From a candidate division WWE3 bacterium RIFOXYC1_FULL_40_10 (GTDB lineage Bacteria; Patescibacteriota; WWE3; UBA101185; UBA10185): a stretch of DNA of 64,000 bases. Of this stretch, positions 43,295 to 51,556 are shown piece after piece (positions within the stretch are counted from its first letter, which is position 1; the number at the start of each line of letters is the position of its first letter). The DNA is taken from assembly GCA_001773215.1 (NCBI GenBank), contig MEWB01000001.1:478479-542478 (forward strand), given 5' to 3'. Made by a program: the position numbers and the translations under genes. Under the pieces are notes generated by a model. That model ran no database searches, was not told the DNA's origin, and saw only the letters and a list, made by a program, of their open reading frames with translations.

Positions 43295-45106
43295 TTATAG
43301 GGTTTCGGAAGACCCCACCCTGTCCGGAGCAATTCCATAGAACTTAACCAGTTGGGTAACGATTTCCATCCACAATGGAACTGCCGTTTCTGCTGCATAT
43401 ATTGAAGCTTTTGGCTCTTCCAGTTTAACTATCATCGAAATTTTTCTGTCGCCCGATAAAAAACCCACGAAAGTAGCGTTAGTTCGATCAGGAGAGTATC
43501 TTCCGTTTTCCGGTATTTGAGCAGTTCCGGTCTTCCCGGCTATTTTATAATCCTTTATCACAAAGTATTTTGCCTCTCCACCACTGACAGCGGATTCCAA
43601 CAGATTAATTAACGTATCCGAGGTTTCTCTGGAAATCACTTGTCTAATACTTTTGGTGGGGATCTGGATTATTCTTCCTCCTTCATTTATCTTGTCTATA
43701 ATCTTAGGCTTCAGTAAAAATCCGCCGTTTGCCAAAACGTTAAACGCATTCACAACCTGTAGAGGAGACGCTGATACACCCTGCCCAAAGGCAATTGTAG
43801 CCAAATCTATATCTGTCCATGTGTTCTGGTCTCTAATAACTCCGGTATCCTCTCCCTCCAATGAAATCCCTGTTTTAGATCCTAAGCCAAAATCACTAAA
43901 GTATTGTGACAAGGTTTTACTCCCAACTCTGTGTCCAACCCATGCCGCACCGATGTTGTTAGACTTCTGCAAAAGCTGGATTATCGTTTGGGTACCATAA
44001 TGGGCTCCATCCCAGTTATTTATCACGTAATCAGAATATTGGACCGGTCCATTATCTTCAAATGTGGTCTGGGGTGTTACAAGCTTTTTATCGACTGCAG
44101 TGGCTATTGTTAGAGGCTTAATTACGGAGCCCGGTTCATATACACCAAGTGCATTGTTCCTTCGATCATATGGCACCCTATGCAACTCTTCTGGAAATTC
44201 CTGCTCGGCTAAATAGAACTCAGCTGGTGAATAAGACGGGTAATTTGCCAGTGCAACTATTTCTCCCGTGAAGGGATCCATAACAATTACTGTGCCCGAT
44301 TTTGCATTATATTTTTCTACACCTTCCATTAAACTCTTTTCCACCAAATACTGAACCGAACTGTTAAGAGTTAGGTAGATATCCCTTCCCGGAACAGGTT
44401 CTATCTTCTTGTAACCACCGATTAAGATAGGATGCCCTTTAGCATCTCTTTCCTCGATAATTTTCCCGGGTTTCCCTTTGAGTTCTTCATCTAAACTGCC
44501 CTCAATGCCAAAATAACCTCTGGTGGTGTTCTCATCTCCCGCAACAAAACCTAAAACATGAGCCATTAGTGAGTCTTCGGGATAGTAACGAGCGGATTCC
44601 TCTTCAAATCCAATCCCGTCGATACCCAACTCCTCGATTTTTTCCTTGTAGCTTAGCTTAACAGCATGTTCCAAGGGCACCCAGTACAAGTCCTCCTCAA
44701 GACTAGTTTGATACTCCGGCCACAACAATTTGTAAAATTCATCTGAGTTTTTATAGTCGGGATCCGAATGGGAAGATTGTTGAGTTTCAAATTTTAATTC
44801 CGACAAAATAGTCGCCAAATCCTTTGCAATATTCGACGGCGATGCAATTTTCTTCGGCTCACCATACATTAAGTAATTAATTACTGTGCCCGCCATTACT
44901 CTTCCGTCAGTTGAATAAATTGTGCCCCTTCTTGCCGGAATCTCTTGGGTACTCCAATACTGCTCGTGTGCCATGGAAGAGTATTTTGAGTGATAAATTA
45001 ACTGGATTATTACAAGCTTTGTGATGATCAGTAAATAGAGAACGAGAAAAACTCCCATTAATGACACAATTCTCATATTAGTACCAGTTTTTTGGTTTCT
45101 CTTCAT
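43295..45106 (-). CDS. ftsI: Class B penicillin-binding protein (FtsI/PBP2-type transpeptidase)
   Basis: N-terminal TM and dimerisation domain. SVIKP (SxxK), SNN and KTGTA motifs. Located after ftsL. Confidence 0.9.
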   Translation of the reverse strand: MKRNQKTGTNMRIVSLMGVFLVLYLLIITKLVIIQLIYHSKYSSMAHEQYWSTQEIPARRGTIYSTDGRVMAGTVINYLMYGEPKKIASPSNIAKDLATILSELKFETQQSSHSDPDYKNSDEFYKLLWPEYQTSLEEDLYWVPLEHAVKLSYKEKIEELGIDGIGFEEESARYYPEDSLMAHVLGFVAGDENTTRGYFGIEGSLDEELKGKPGKIIEERDAKGHPILIGGYKKIEPVPGRDIYLTLNSSVQYLVEKSLMEGVEKYNAKSGTVIVMDPFTGEIVALANYPSYSPAEFYLAEQEFPEELHRVPYDRRNNALGVYEPGSVIKPLTIATAVDKKLVTPQTTFEDNGPVQYSDYVINNWDGAHYGTQTIIQLLQKSNNIGAAWVGHRVGSKTLSQYFSDFGLGSKTGISLEGEDTGVIRDQNTWTDIDLATIAFGQGVSASPLQVVNAFNVLANGGFLLKPKIIDKINEGGRIIQIPTKSIRQVISRETSDTLINLLESAVSGGEAKYFVIKDYKIAGKTGTAQIPENGRYSPDRTNATFVGFLSGDRKISMIVKLEEPKASIYAAETAVPLWMEIVTQLVKFYGIAPDRVGSSETL

Positions 45107-45125
45107 AACTCTACTAATGATAAGT

Positions 45126-45458
45126 TTATTGTATTAAGCTAGCAACCTTTGATTGGAAACTTACGTCGATTGAGGATATTTTTTCAGTCAGCTCAACAAA
45201 ACCCAAACTGCCTGCTCTGTCCTCTATAGATTTTAACGAGGCTTTCTCACTGTTAACATAGGTTAAGCCTGAAATTTGCTTCTCTAACTCTAGCTTCTCT
45301 GCCCTTAACCCAGCGAGCTCTTCATTACCCACTGTTATCGTAGAAGAAATAACGAGTCTTATCCCAATGCATAGTACAAACATAACTATAGAAGCCTTGT
45401 AAACTGATTTAATTAGTTTTGTGCTATCTATGTTAATTTTCTTAATAAATTTTTTCAT
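45126..45458 (-). CDS. ftsL: Cell division protein FtsL-like (single TM + coiled coil)
   Basis: 110 aa with a TM helix, then LRAEKLELEKQISGL heptad region. Position between rsmH and ftsI. Confidence 0.55.
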   Translation of the reverse strand: MKKFIKKINIDSTKLIKSVYKASIVMFVLCIGIRLVISSTITVGNEELAGLRAEKLELEKQISGLTYVNSEKASLKSIEDRAGSLGFVELTEKISSIDVSFQSKVASLIQ

Positions 45459-46323
45459 ATGTTCTTAGCTTCGCACTTCTCGATCTTGGGTTGTTCACAA
45501 TTTCCTCATTTGAGGGAACAACCGGCTTGTCGTTCACAGGCTTTATGTTGGGCTGCGCGCTTTGACCAAATTCCTTGGTCAATCTATCTTCCAAAGACTG
45601 AAAAGATAAAACTGACATTCTTCCACCAGGCAGTAATGTGCGCGCAGCCCGGGGCAGCGCATCTCTCAAATTTTCAAGTTCATTATTCACTGCTATCCTC
45701 AGAGCCTGAAAGGTTCTGGTTGCAGGATGTATTCTCCCATTCTCATAGTTAGAAGGAGCCTCGGAAACCAGCACTTCTACAAGTTGTGCGGTTGTCTGAA
45801 TCTTCTTCTTATTACGAGCTTCTACAATGGCTTTCGCAAATCTTTTGGCATACTTTTCATCCGACAGATCAAAAATTAGTTTGGCTAACTCTTTTTCGGA
45901 TAAAGCATTAATAAAATCCGAAGCGTTAACCCCCAGGGTTTTATCTAATCTCATATCCAAAAACTGGTCCTTCTGGAAGCTAAGACCTAAGTCATCTTCA
46001 TCGAGCTGGCTTGAACTGTATCCCAAGTCGAATAGTATCCCGTGAACCTGATCAAAACCGTGTGCGCGGGCAATTTCATCGATTTTAGAAAAGTTGCCGG
46101 TCGCGGATACGAAGTTGCCGGATAACCCAAGGTTTTGGATTCTGTACAGGGCTCTATTAATACTTCCTTCATTAACATCAATTCCCAAAACTTTGGACCC
46201 TTTTTTTAGCATTTCAATCGAATGCCCGCCATCTCCCAATGTAGCATCAATATATGTGCGATCTTTTTGAACTTGTAAATGTTCTAAAATCTCATTTAAA
46301 AGAATTGGTTTGTGATAATCCAT
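45442..46323 (-). CDS. rsmH: 16S rRNA (cytosine1402-N4)-methyltransferase RsmH (MraW)
   Basis: YIDATLGDGGHS SAM-binding motif. Conserved position after mraZ. Confidence 0.9.
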   Translation of the reverse strand: MDYHKPILLNEILEHLQVQKDRTYIDATLGDGGHSIEMLKKGSKVLGIDVNEGSINRALYRIQNLGLSGNFVSATGNFSKIDEIARAHGFDQVHGILFDLGYSSSQLDEDDLGLSFQKDQFLDMRLDKTLGVNASDFINALSEKELAKLIFDLSDEKYAKRFAKAIVEARNKKKIQTTAQLVEVLVSEAPSNYENGRIHPATRTFQALRIAVNNELENLRDALPRAARTLLPGGRMSVLSFQSLEDRLTKEFGQSAQPNIKPVNDKPVVPSNEEIVNNPRSRSAKLRTYEKIY

Positions 46324-46717
46324 TAGTTATTTCCTCTAAGTGAGATACCCATGTGTCTTTATCCCAAATTTCGATATGATCTCCTACTCCGATAACCGCC
46401 GTCTCCGATTTTATTCCTGCGAATTCCTTTAAAGGTGTGGGAATTACCAATCTTCCTTGAGAATCCACAGAAGCTTCGGAAGCAGACGTGAACAAATATC
46501 TTTCCAAATCACTTCTTTTTACCTGATCTTTTAAGTTTTCAACCTGCTTTTCGACTTTTTCAGCCCAATCTTGTTTTTCGTACAGCAAAACACACTTTTC
46601 AAAACCTTTCGCAAGGACTATGTCGTCGCTAACTATCTGTTCGCGCAGTTTCTTGGGCAGGGCAATGCGTGAACCTTCTGTAATATTCGGGTTATATTCC
46701 CCAAGAAACATTTTCAT
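46292..46717 (-). CDS. mraZ: Transcriptional regulator MraZ
   Basis: Two MraZ/SpoVT-AbrB repeats (GSRIALPKKLRE / GRLVIPTPLKE). First gene of the dcw operon. Confidence 0.85.
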   Translation of the reverse strand: MKMFLGEYNPNITEGSRIALPKKLREQIVSDDIVLAKGFEKCVLLYEKQDWAEKVEKQVENLKDQVKRSDLERYLFTSASEASVDSQGRLVIPTPLKEFAGIKSETAVIGVGDHIEIWDKDTWVSHLEEITNGLSQTNSFK

Positions 46718-46746
46718 ATATAGTCAGTAAGCAAAATACTGTACTT

Positions 46747-46765
46747 TCACCATTTCTCACCATTT
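46747..46765 (-). promoter_or_regulatory. Two direct repeats AAATGGTGA at 10-bp periodicity in the mraZ leader: candidate MraZ operator
   Basis: Repeats at 46747-46755 and 46757-46765, just downstream of the putative -10. MraZ proteins are known to bind GTG-containing direct repeats spaced ~10 bp upstream of mraZ. Confidence 0.4.
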
Positions 46766-46772
46766 AAACCCT

Positions 46773-46801
46773 ATATTCCTCCATAAGTACTCCTTAGTCA
46801 A
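46773..46801 (-). promoter_or_regulatory. Putative mraZ promoter (-35 TTGACT, 17 nt, -10 GAATAT)
   Basis: Hexamers read on the minus strand between the upstream terminator and the MraZ-box repeats. Confidence 0.35.
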
Positions 46802-46821
46802 GACAAATAAAACCCGAAAGT

Positions 46822-46858
46822 ACAAAAAAAAGACCGGCAAAAATTAATTTACCGGTCA
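46822..46858 (-). terminator. Strong rho-independent terminator after the small peptide gene
   Basis: 10-bp stem GACCGGTAAA/TTTGCCGGTC (one G-U), loop TTAATT, then U8. Confidence 0.8.
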
Positions 46859-46877
46859 GGAACGTATCAAAGCTCAG

Positions 46878-46994
46878 TCATTTGATCACCCCAGGCAGAA
46901 TTTGGGAAGCGGCAGCCAGGCAGACAAAAGAAAGCCCGATAACTGCCACCAACATAGCATAAAGTACCACCTTCATAGCTTTTTTGGTTTTCAT
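46878..46994 (-). CDS. Unannotated 38-aa hydrophobic peptide (MKTKKAMKVVLYAMLVAVIGLSFVCLAAASQILPGVIK), single TM
   Basis: Below the ORF-track cutoff. ATG preceded by AAAGGAGG (spacer 8). Own -35/-10 promoter and own terminator. Confidence 0.55.
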   Translation of the reverse strand: MKTKKAMKVVLYAMLVAVIGLSFVCLAAASQILPGVIK

Positions 46995-47024
46995 TGGTGA
47001 AGCCTCCTTTTTTTAGATGGGCAA

Positions 47025-47053
47025 ATTATACCCTATAATATGTGAGGTGTCTA
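47025..47053 (-). promoter_or_regulatory. Canonical promoter for the small peptide gene (-35 TAGACA, 17 nt, -10 TATAAT)
   Basis: Minus-strand TAGACA-N17-TATAAT. The -35 overlaps the glyQS stop codon. Confidence 0.5.
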
Positions 47054-48397
47054 ACCTTGGATTTTGCTTGAAATGGTCTCAATCGTAATTCGTTCCTGTT
47101 TTGCTGTGTCCCTATCACGAATTGTCACCGTTCCATCTTCTAGAGTTTGAAAGTCTACTGTGATGCAATAAGGGGTTCCTATTTCATCTTGCGAGTAATA
47201 TCTCTTCCCAATATTACCTCTATCATCCCAAGCTGTGCTTATCCCTTTTTCTACCAAATCCTCGAAGATATTTTTCGCCTTGATAACAAGCTCGTCTTTA
47301 TTTTTTAACAATGGAAAAACTGCAACTTTGTATGGAGCTACCTTAGGATCCAATTTTAATACAATGCGGTCTCCGTCTTCACTGTAGGCGTTAAACAATA
47401 AAACCAACATTAGTCTGCTTAAACCTATCGAATATTCTGCCACATGTGGAATAAACTTTTCCCCGGTTTCCGGATCTGTGTATGTAAAATCTTGGCCCGA
47501 AAACTCGCCGTGCCTTCGCAAATCCCAGTCTGTTCTATAATGAATTCCTTGGAACTCCTTCCACCCGAAGGGGAATTCGTATTCTAAGTCATGGGCGATT
47601 TTATTGTAATGCGCCCTTTCTTTTTGAGCTTGCTCCCTGAATCTCAATTTCTTTTCATCGATTCCCAAGCCAATTAACCAGCTCTTACTCACTGTTTTTA
47701 GCTCCTCAAATGTACTTGCGGCATCGTTAGGGTGAATGAACATTTCAAGTTCCATTTGCTCAAACTCTCGTGTTCTAAAAAAGTAAGGGCCCACCTTAAT
47801 TTCGTTTCTAAACGACTTGCCAATTTGCGCAATACCGAAGGGTATTTTCTTCCTCATTGAGTCTTTGACTAATTCGTAATTATAAAAAATTGGCTGGCAT
47901 GTTTCTCCCCGTAAATAGGCACTTGTTTTAGCGTCTTCCACAGTACCAACCATAACTTCAACTAGCTGATTAAAATACTTAGCTTTTCCTAATTTATTGC
48001 CTTCCGGGCTTTTTATGTTGTTCTTTTGGATTATTTCGTCTATTTCCTCGGGTTTAGAGCCATCTACATTTTCTCCGGTCGCGTCTTCTATCAGGTGATC
48101 TGCTCTATATCTTTTGTTGGTGATAGTATCCTCGACCATCACATCTGCAAATAGATCGGTATGCCCACTGGCTTCCCAAACTCTTGGATGAGATATAATA
48201 GCCCCGTCTAAACCTACAACGTCAGGACGCTTTGTTACAAATTCTTTCCACCAGAGATTTCGCAAATTCCTTAAAATTTCAGCACCAAGCGGGCCAAAAT
48301 CATATGCTGCTTCCCACCCCCCATAAATCTCAGAAGAGGGAAAAACAAAGCCTCGGCGTTTACATAAACTAGTTATTTTTTGTAAATTATCTTGCAT
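47051..48397 (-). CDS. glyQS: Glycine--tRNA ligase (alpha2 homodimeric type, class II)
   Basis: N-terminal RRGFVFPSSEIYGGWEAAYDFGPLG, class II motifs and C-terminal anticodon-binding domain. 448 aa. Confidence 0.9.
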   Translation of the reverse strand: MQDNLQKITSLCKRRGFVFPSSEIYGGWEAAYDFGPLGAEILRNLRNLWWKEFVTKRPDVVGLDGAIISHPRVWEASGHTDLFADVMVEDTITNKRYRADHLIEDATGENVDGSKPEEIDEIIQKNNIKSPEGNKLGKAKYFNQLVEVMVGTVEDAKTSAYLRGETCQPIFYNYELVKDSMRKKIPFGIAQIGKSFRNEIKVGPYFFRTREFEQMELEMFIHPNDAASTFEELKTVSKSWLIGLGIDEKKLRFREQAQKERAHYNKIAHDLEYEFPFGWKEFQGIHYRTDWDLRRHGEFSGQDFTYTDPETGEKFIPHVAEYSIGLSRLMLVLLFNAYSEDGDRIVLKLDPKVAPYKVAVFPLLKNKDELVIKAKNIFEDLVEKGISTAWDDRGNIGKRYYSQDEIGTPYCITVDFQTLEDGTVTIRDRDTAKQERITIETISSKIQG

Positions 48398-48423
48398 AGT
48401 AACCTAATAAAGGGGATTATACC

Positions 48424-48978
48424 TTACATCTCTAAACTTTTAAACGATTCATCTAAAGTGAGAGAAATATGACTTTTAACTTTCTCCTTAAATTTAGCGA
48501 ATTTCTTTTCTTTGAGTATATTCAAATCAACTCCGTATCCAAGGTGCTTAAGCAAATTTAATTCAAATTTACTTACAATTAAATCCGCATTATCTGCCGA
48601 ATCATTAAGAGCCTGGAGAGATTTTTCGAAAATATTGTAAATGAGTTCGGAGTCGATTTCTTCAAATACAGTTTTATTTACTAACTCAGCCAGATAAAGC
48701 GCTTTTTTAACTTTTTCATAGTCTTTTTTTAGACGGGGAAATGATTCTATGAGCTGTACTTCATTGATGAATTTAAATCCTGAATCGCTTTGTGATATGG
48801 CAAGCTTTATTTTGTTAAGAGTGTCCAGGCTTCCTGATCTTCTAGAAGTTATCTTGCGCACTCCTTTGGCAATTGCAATTATCTTTCCATTTTCCTGTGA
48901 CAGCATTGTAAATAGTTTGTCTGCATCTTTATGGGCTGAATTTTTAAGTACTATTGCAGTAACATTGTATTTACGCAT
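48424..48978 (-). CDS. recO: DNA repair protein RecO (short form)
   Basis: N-terminal OB-fold pattern (VTAIVLKNSAHKDADKLFTMLSQENGKI). 184 aa, so the C-terminal Zn-binding domain appears reduced. recO-glyQS synteny as in Firmicutes. Confidence 0.65.
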   Translation of the reverse strand: MRKYNVTAIVLKNSAHKDADKLFTMLSQENGKIIAIAKGVRKITSRRSGSLDTLNKIKLAISQSDSGFKFINEVQLIESFPRLKKDYEKVKKALYLAELVNKTVFEEIDSELIYNIFEKSLQALNDSADNADLIVSKFELNLLKHLGYGVDLNILKEKKFAKFKEKVKSHISLTLDESFKSLEM

Positions 48979-49045
48979 ATCTGCATTTTACAAGCATCGC
49001 ACGAGGCTGTACACTATGGGAAACATTTTTAAAAGGAGTGTACTA

Positions 49046-49288
49046 ATGAAAGTCGAATATGTTATCGTCGACAGTAATATGAAAGAAATCCACAGTGGAA
49101 TAACGCCCTCATTGCCAAGATTTCCTGTCAGAGAAGACTCCCTAACTCTTATAGGGCCTGGGGGATTAAAAGCAAAGTTTGCTGTTATCGATGCCAGTCT
49201 CATCCCTCCCTATATCATTGTGATGGAAACGGGTGATCCAGAGGCACTAAGGGCGGCATTATTGACATCAAGCCGAATAACAATTTAA
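49046..49288 (+). CDS. Small protein (80 aa), GC-rich, TPxLPRFP family, tandem paralog 1
   Basis: AGGAG RBS. Motifs GITPSLPRFPVREDSLTLIG and LIPPYIIVMETGD. Confidence 0.6.
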   Translation: MKVEYVIVDSNMKEIHSGITPSLPRFPVREDSLTLIGPGGLKAKFAVIDASLIPPYIIVMETGDPEALRAALLTSSRITI

Positions 49289-49301
49289 GAGGAGCATAGT
49301 T

Positions 49302-49526
49302 ATGGTTTACGATTACATTATTATCGACAGGTATGGGAATGAGCTGTTCCGGGGGACTACTCCCAGGTTACCGAGGTTTCCCTCAATGGGAGATACCCTT
49401 CGCATCTCCACTCACAACCCTGAAGGGAACATGCTCAAATATGTTGTAGTGGAGGCTCAGTTATTCCCTCCGGTCATCTACCTAACCGAGAAAAAAGAGT
49501 ACCAGAGAGGTGAAGTTTTGGCGTAA
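49302..49526 (+). CDS. Small protein (74 aa), GC-rich, TPxLPRFP family, tandem paralog 2
   Basis: GAGGAG RBS. Motifs GTTPRLPRFPSMGDTLRIST and LFPPVIYLTEKKE, clearly paralogous to 49046..49288. Confidence 0.6.
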   Translation: MVYDYIIIDRYGNELFRGTTPRLPRFPSMGDTLRISTHNPEGNMLKYVVVEAQLFPPVIYLTEKKEYQRGEVLA

Positions 49527-49532
49527 CGAAAT

Positions 49533-49574
49533 AAAGACTCTCCCGTTTATTCCAGGAGAGTCTTTCTTTTTTTC
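49533..49574. terminator. Strong (bidirectional) rho-independent terminator between convergent genes
   Basis: Perfect 11-bp stem AAAGACTCTCC/GGAGAGTCTTT, 11-nt loop, then CTTTTTTTT. Confidence 0.8.
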
Positions 49575-49586
49575 AATTAAATCAAA

Positions 49587-51554
49587 CTACAATCCAAAGT
49601 TTAGAGAAGTATCCATCTTTAGATTAAGCTCTTTAGTCACACCGTTTACGGTAACACTATGCTTTTCGGTATCTATACCCGCCTGTTTTTGAATGGTTAG
49701 GCTGTATTTATCCGTTACGATCTCTGCGGGCAAGTAATACTTAAAGGTGAGAGTTTTCGACTCAGCAGGTCCCATCTCAACATACCCGCTATACCACACT
49801 TTATTTCTTTCCTCGCCTTGCAGGCTTCCATCCTCCGAGCCTTCTATCGTAGCAATTTCCGACCCTTTAGGCATATAGACCCTAACCCAATCTCTAAATC
49901 TCTTCACAAACGGATCATAATCAGCGGCAGGCTGTGGATAATCGTACTTAATGCTCACCGTCCTCAACCATCTATCTCCTTCTTTCTCCAACTTATGAGT
50001 TACTTCTTTGGTAACAAACCAGTTTGTTTTGTCTCCCCCCAAGTTGGTAGACACCACCATAGAGTAATCCCCCGCAACATTTTCTATTATTCTTCCACCC
50101 AATCCATATTTTTCTACCAATGCCTGAGCCTGAGGATCAAAGAGATAAGCCTGGATATGCTTTCTTAAAGCCAAATCCACACCCTTGTCTATCATTTTCG
50201 GCCACATATCCTTATCAGTGGATTCAAACACGTTCTTCAACATCGAGTTCATTAAACTGCCCAAAACTCCTTTTCTGTTAGCTTGTTCTCTCAAGGCCAA
50301 GGATGCCATTCTCTCAAGCTCCAGAACAACGTTATCTTGATTATAGGTTATACCATTTACTGTAACCGGCCCTGTAACACCGAGTAATTCTTCAATGACT
50401 CTGGTATCTATAGTAACTATTGCATCCACGGGTTTTATTTGCCACGGTCTAATTCTTCCGGCCATATTGTAGAACACAAGTAACTGATCCATTGAAGTTG
50501 GCAAATCAGGTGAATAGTTCATATCTCTGGCGTACCATCTTTCAACTTTTAAGTAATTGCCGTATGGGGCTGGTGGATCAGGAAAGTCGTATGTTGCGTC
50601 GATATCGTCTAAAACTAAATCGATACTATACATATCCGCAGAAGAAAAGTCTTGATTTTCCAAAACTCCGTTAGCCATTTTAAAGGTTGCAAAATTCGTC
50701 ATAAATCCACCCGTTGGTCGTATTTCTTTATCATTTTGCATAATTATCATGTATCTTTTGGTAGGAGTGTCTACACCAAGTATGCCGGGGAAAATAATTA
50801 ACGCTTGTTTTATATCAGGACCATACTCAGAGGCCTGGGACAAAACATCCTTGGCAAATCTGATATTTTCTCTGATATTAACTCCCTTAATGCTTTCCGG
50901 GTATTTGTCTACATCTATGGGAGACAAAACTTCACCTATTTTGTCGACCTTGGCGATCACAGGATCCATTTGGTTTGCCACCTCAGGCATGATACTCACC
51001 CATATTTGGAATGCTTCCATTAACCCTGTTGTGTCGTCTATTATCTCAGTCTCGTTAACCTTCAATCCTGCAGCATCAGCAAAGGGTTCAACAATATTAG
51101 AGGTTTCCTTCATTGCATCCAGTGCAATAAATCCCGCTTCAATAAACTTATCCGAATCCGAGTAGAATTCGCTGAGTTTAAAATATGAGAAATTTCTCAT
51201 CCACCCAAGATCGGAATCCCTTTCCTGCCGAATTTTATCGAGATCCAACCTTGTCTGTTCAATTACCTTGTCCAAAGTAATCAAATCTCTGTTTTTAACT
51301 GCTGCACCCAAAGCATTTACGTCCTCCTTAAGAACGTTTGTGCTATTTACTAGGGCGAATACAGGTCGTAGCACCTTTACATATACAAACAAGGCTATTA
51401 CACACCCCAAAGCAATTGCCGCAACACCCGCGACTCCTATGCTCCCCAAAATTTTCTTGTAAGACGGTTTTTTTATTCCATTATTCATATTTGGTAAACT
51501 TTCGATATTAGTGCTGCTTGCTGGGGCACTACCCCAAAATTTTGTATTATTCAT
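49587..51554 (-). CDS. Single-pass membrane-anchored large extracytoplasmic protein, possibly DUF4012-like
   Basis: 655 aa with one N-terminal TM. 3 nt downstream of the initiating sugar transferase, next to the glycopolymer cluster. The family assignment is a recollection, not a search. Confidence 0.4.
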   Translation of the reverse strand: MNNTKFWGSAPASSTNIESLPNMNNGIKKPSYKKILGSIGVAGVAAIALGCVIALFVYVKVLRPVFALVNSTNVLKEDVNALGAAVKNRDLITLDKVIEQTRLDLDKIRQERDSDLGWMRNFSYFKLSEFYSDSDKFIEAGFIALDAMKETSNIVEPFADAAGLKVNETEIIDDTTGLMEAFQIWVSIMPEVANQMDPVIAKVDKIGEVLSPIDVDKYPESIKGVNIRENIRFAKDVLSQASEYGPDIKQALIIFPGILGVDTPTKRYMIIMQNDKEIRPTGGFMTNFATFKMANGVLENQDFSSADMYSIDLVLDDIDATYDFPDPPAPYGNYLKVERWYARDMNYSPDLPTSMDQLLVFYNMAGRIRPWQIKPVDAIVTIDTRVIEELLGVTGPVTVNGITYNQDNVVLELERMASLALREQANRKGVLGSLMNSMLKNVFESTDKDMWPKMIDKGVDLALRKHIQAYLFDPQAQALVEKYGLGGRIIENVAGDYSMVVSTNLGGDKTNWFVTKEVTHKLEKEGDRWLRTVSIKYDYPQPAADYDPFVKRFRDWVRVYMPKGSEIATIEGSEDGSLQGEERNKVWYSGYVEMGPAESKTLTFKYYLPAEIVTDKYSLTIQKQAGIDTEKHSVTVNGVTKELNLKMDTSLNFGL

Positions 51555-51556
51555 AA

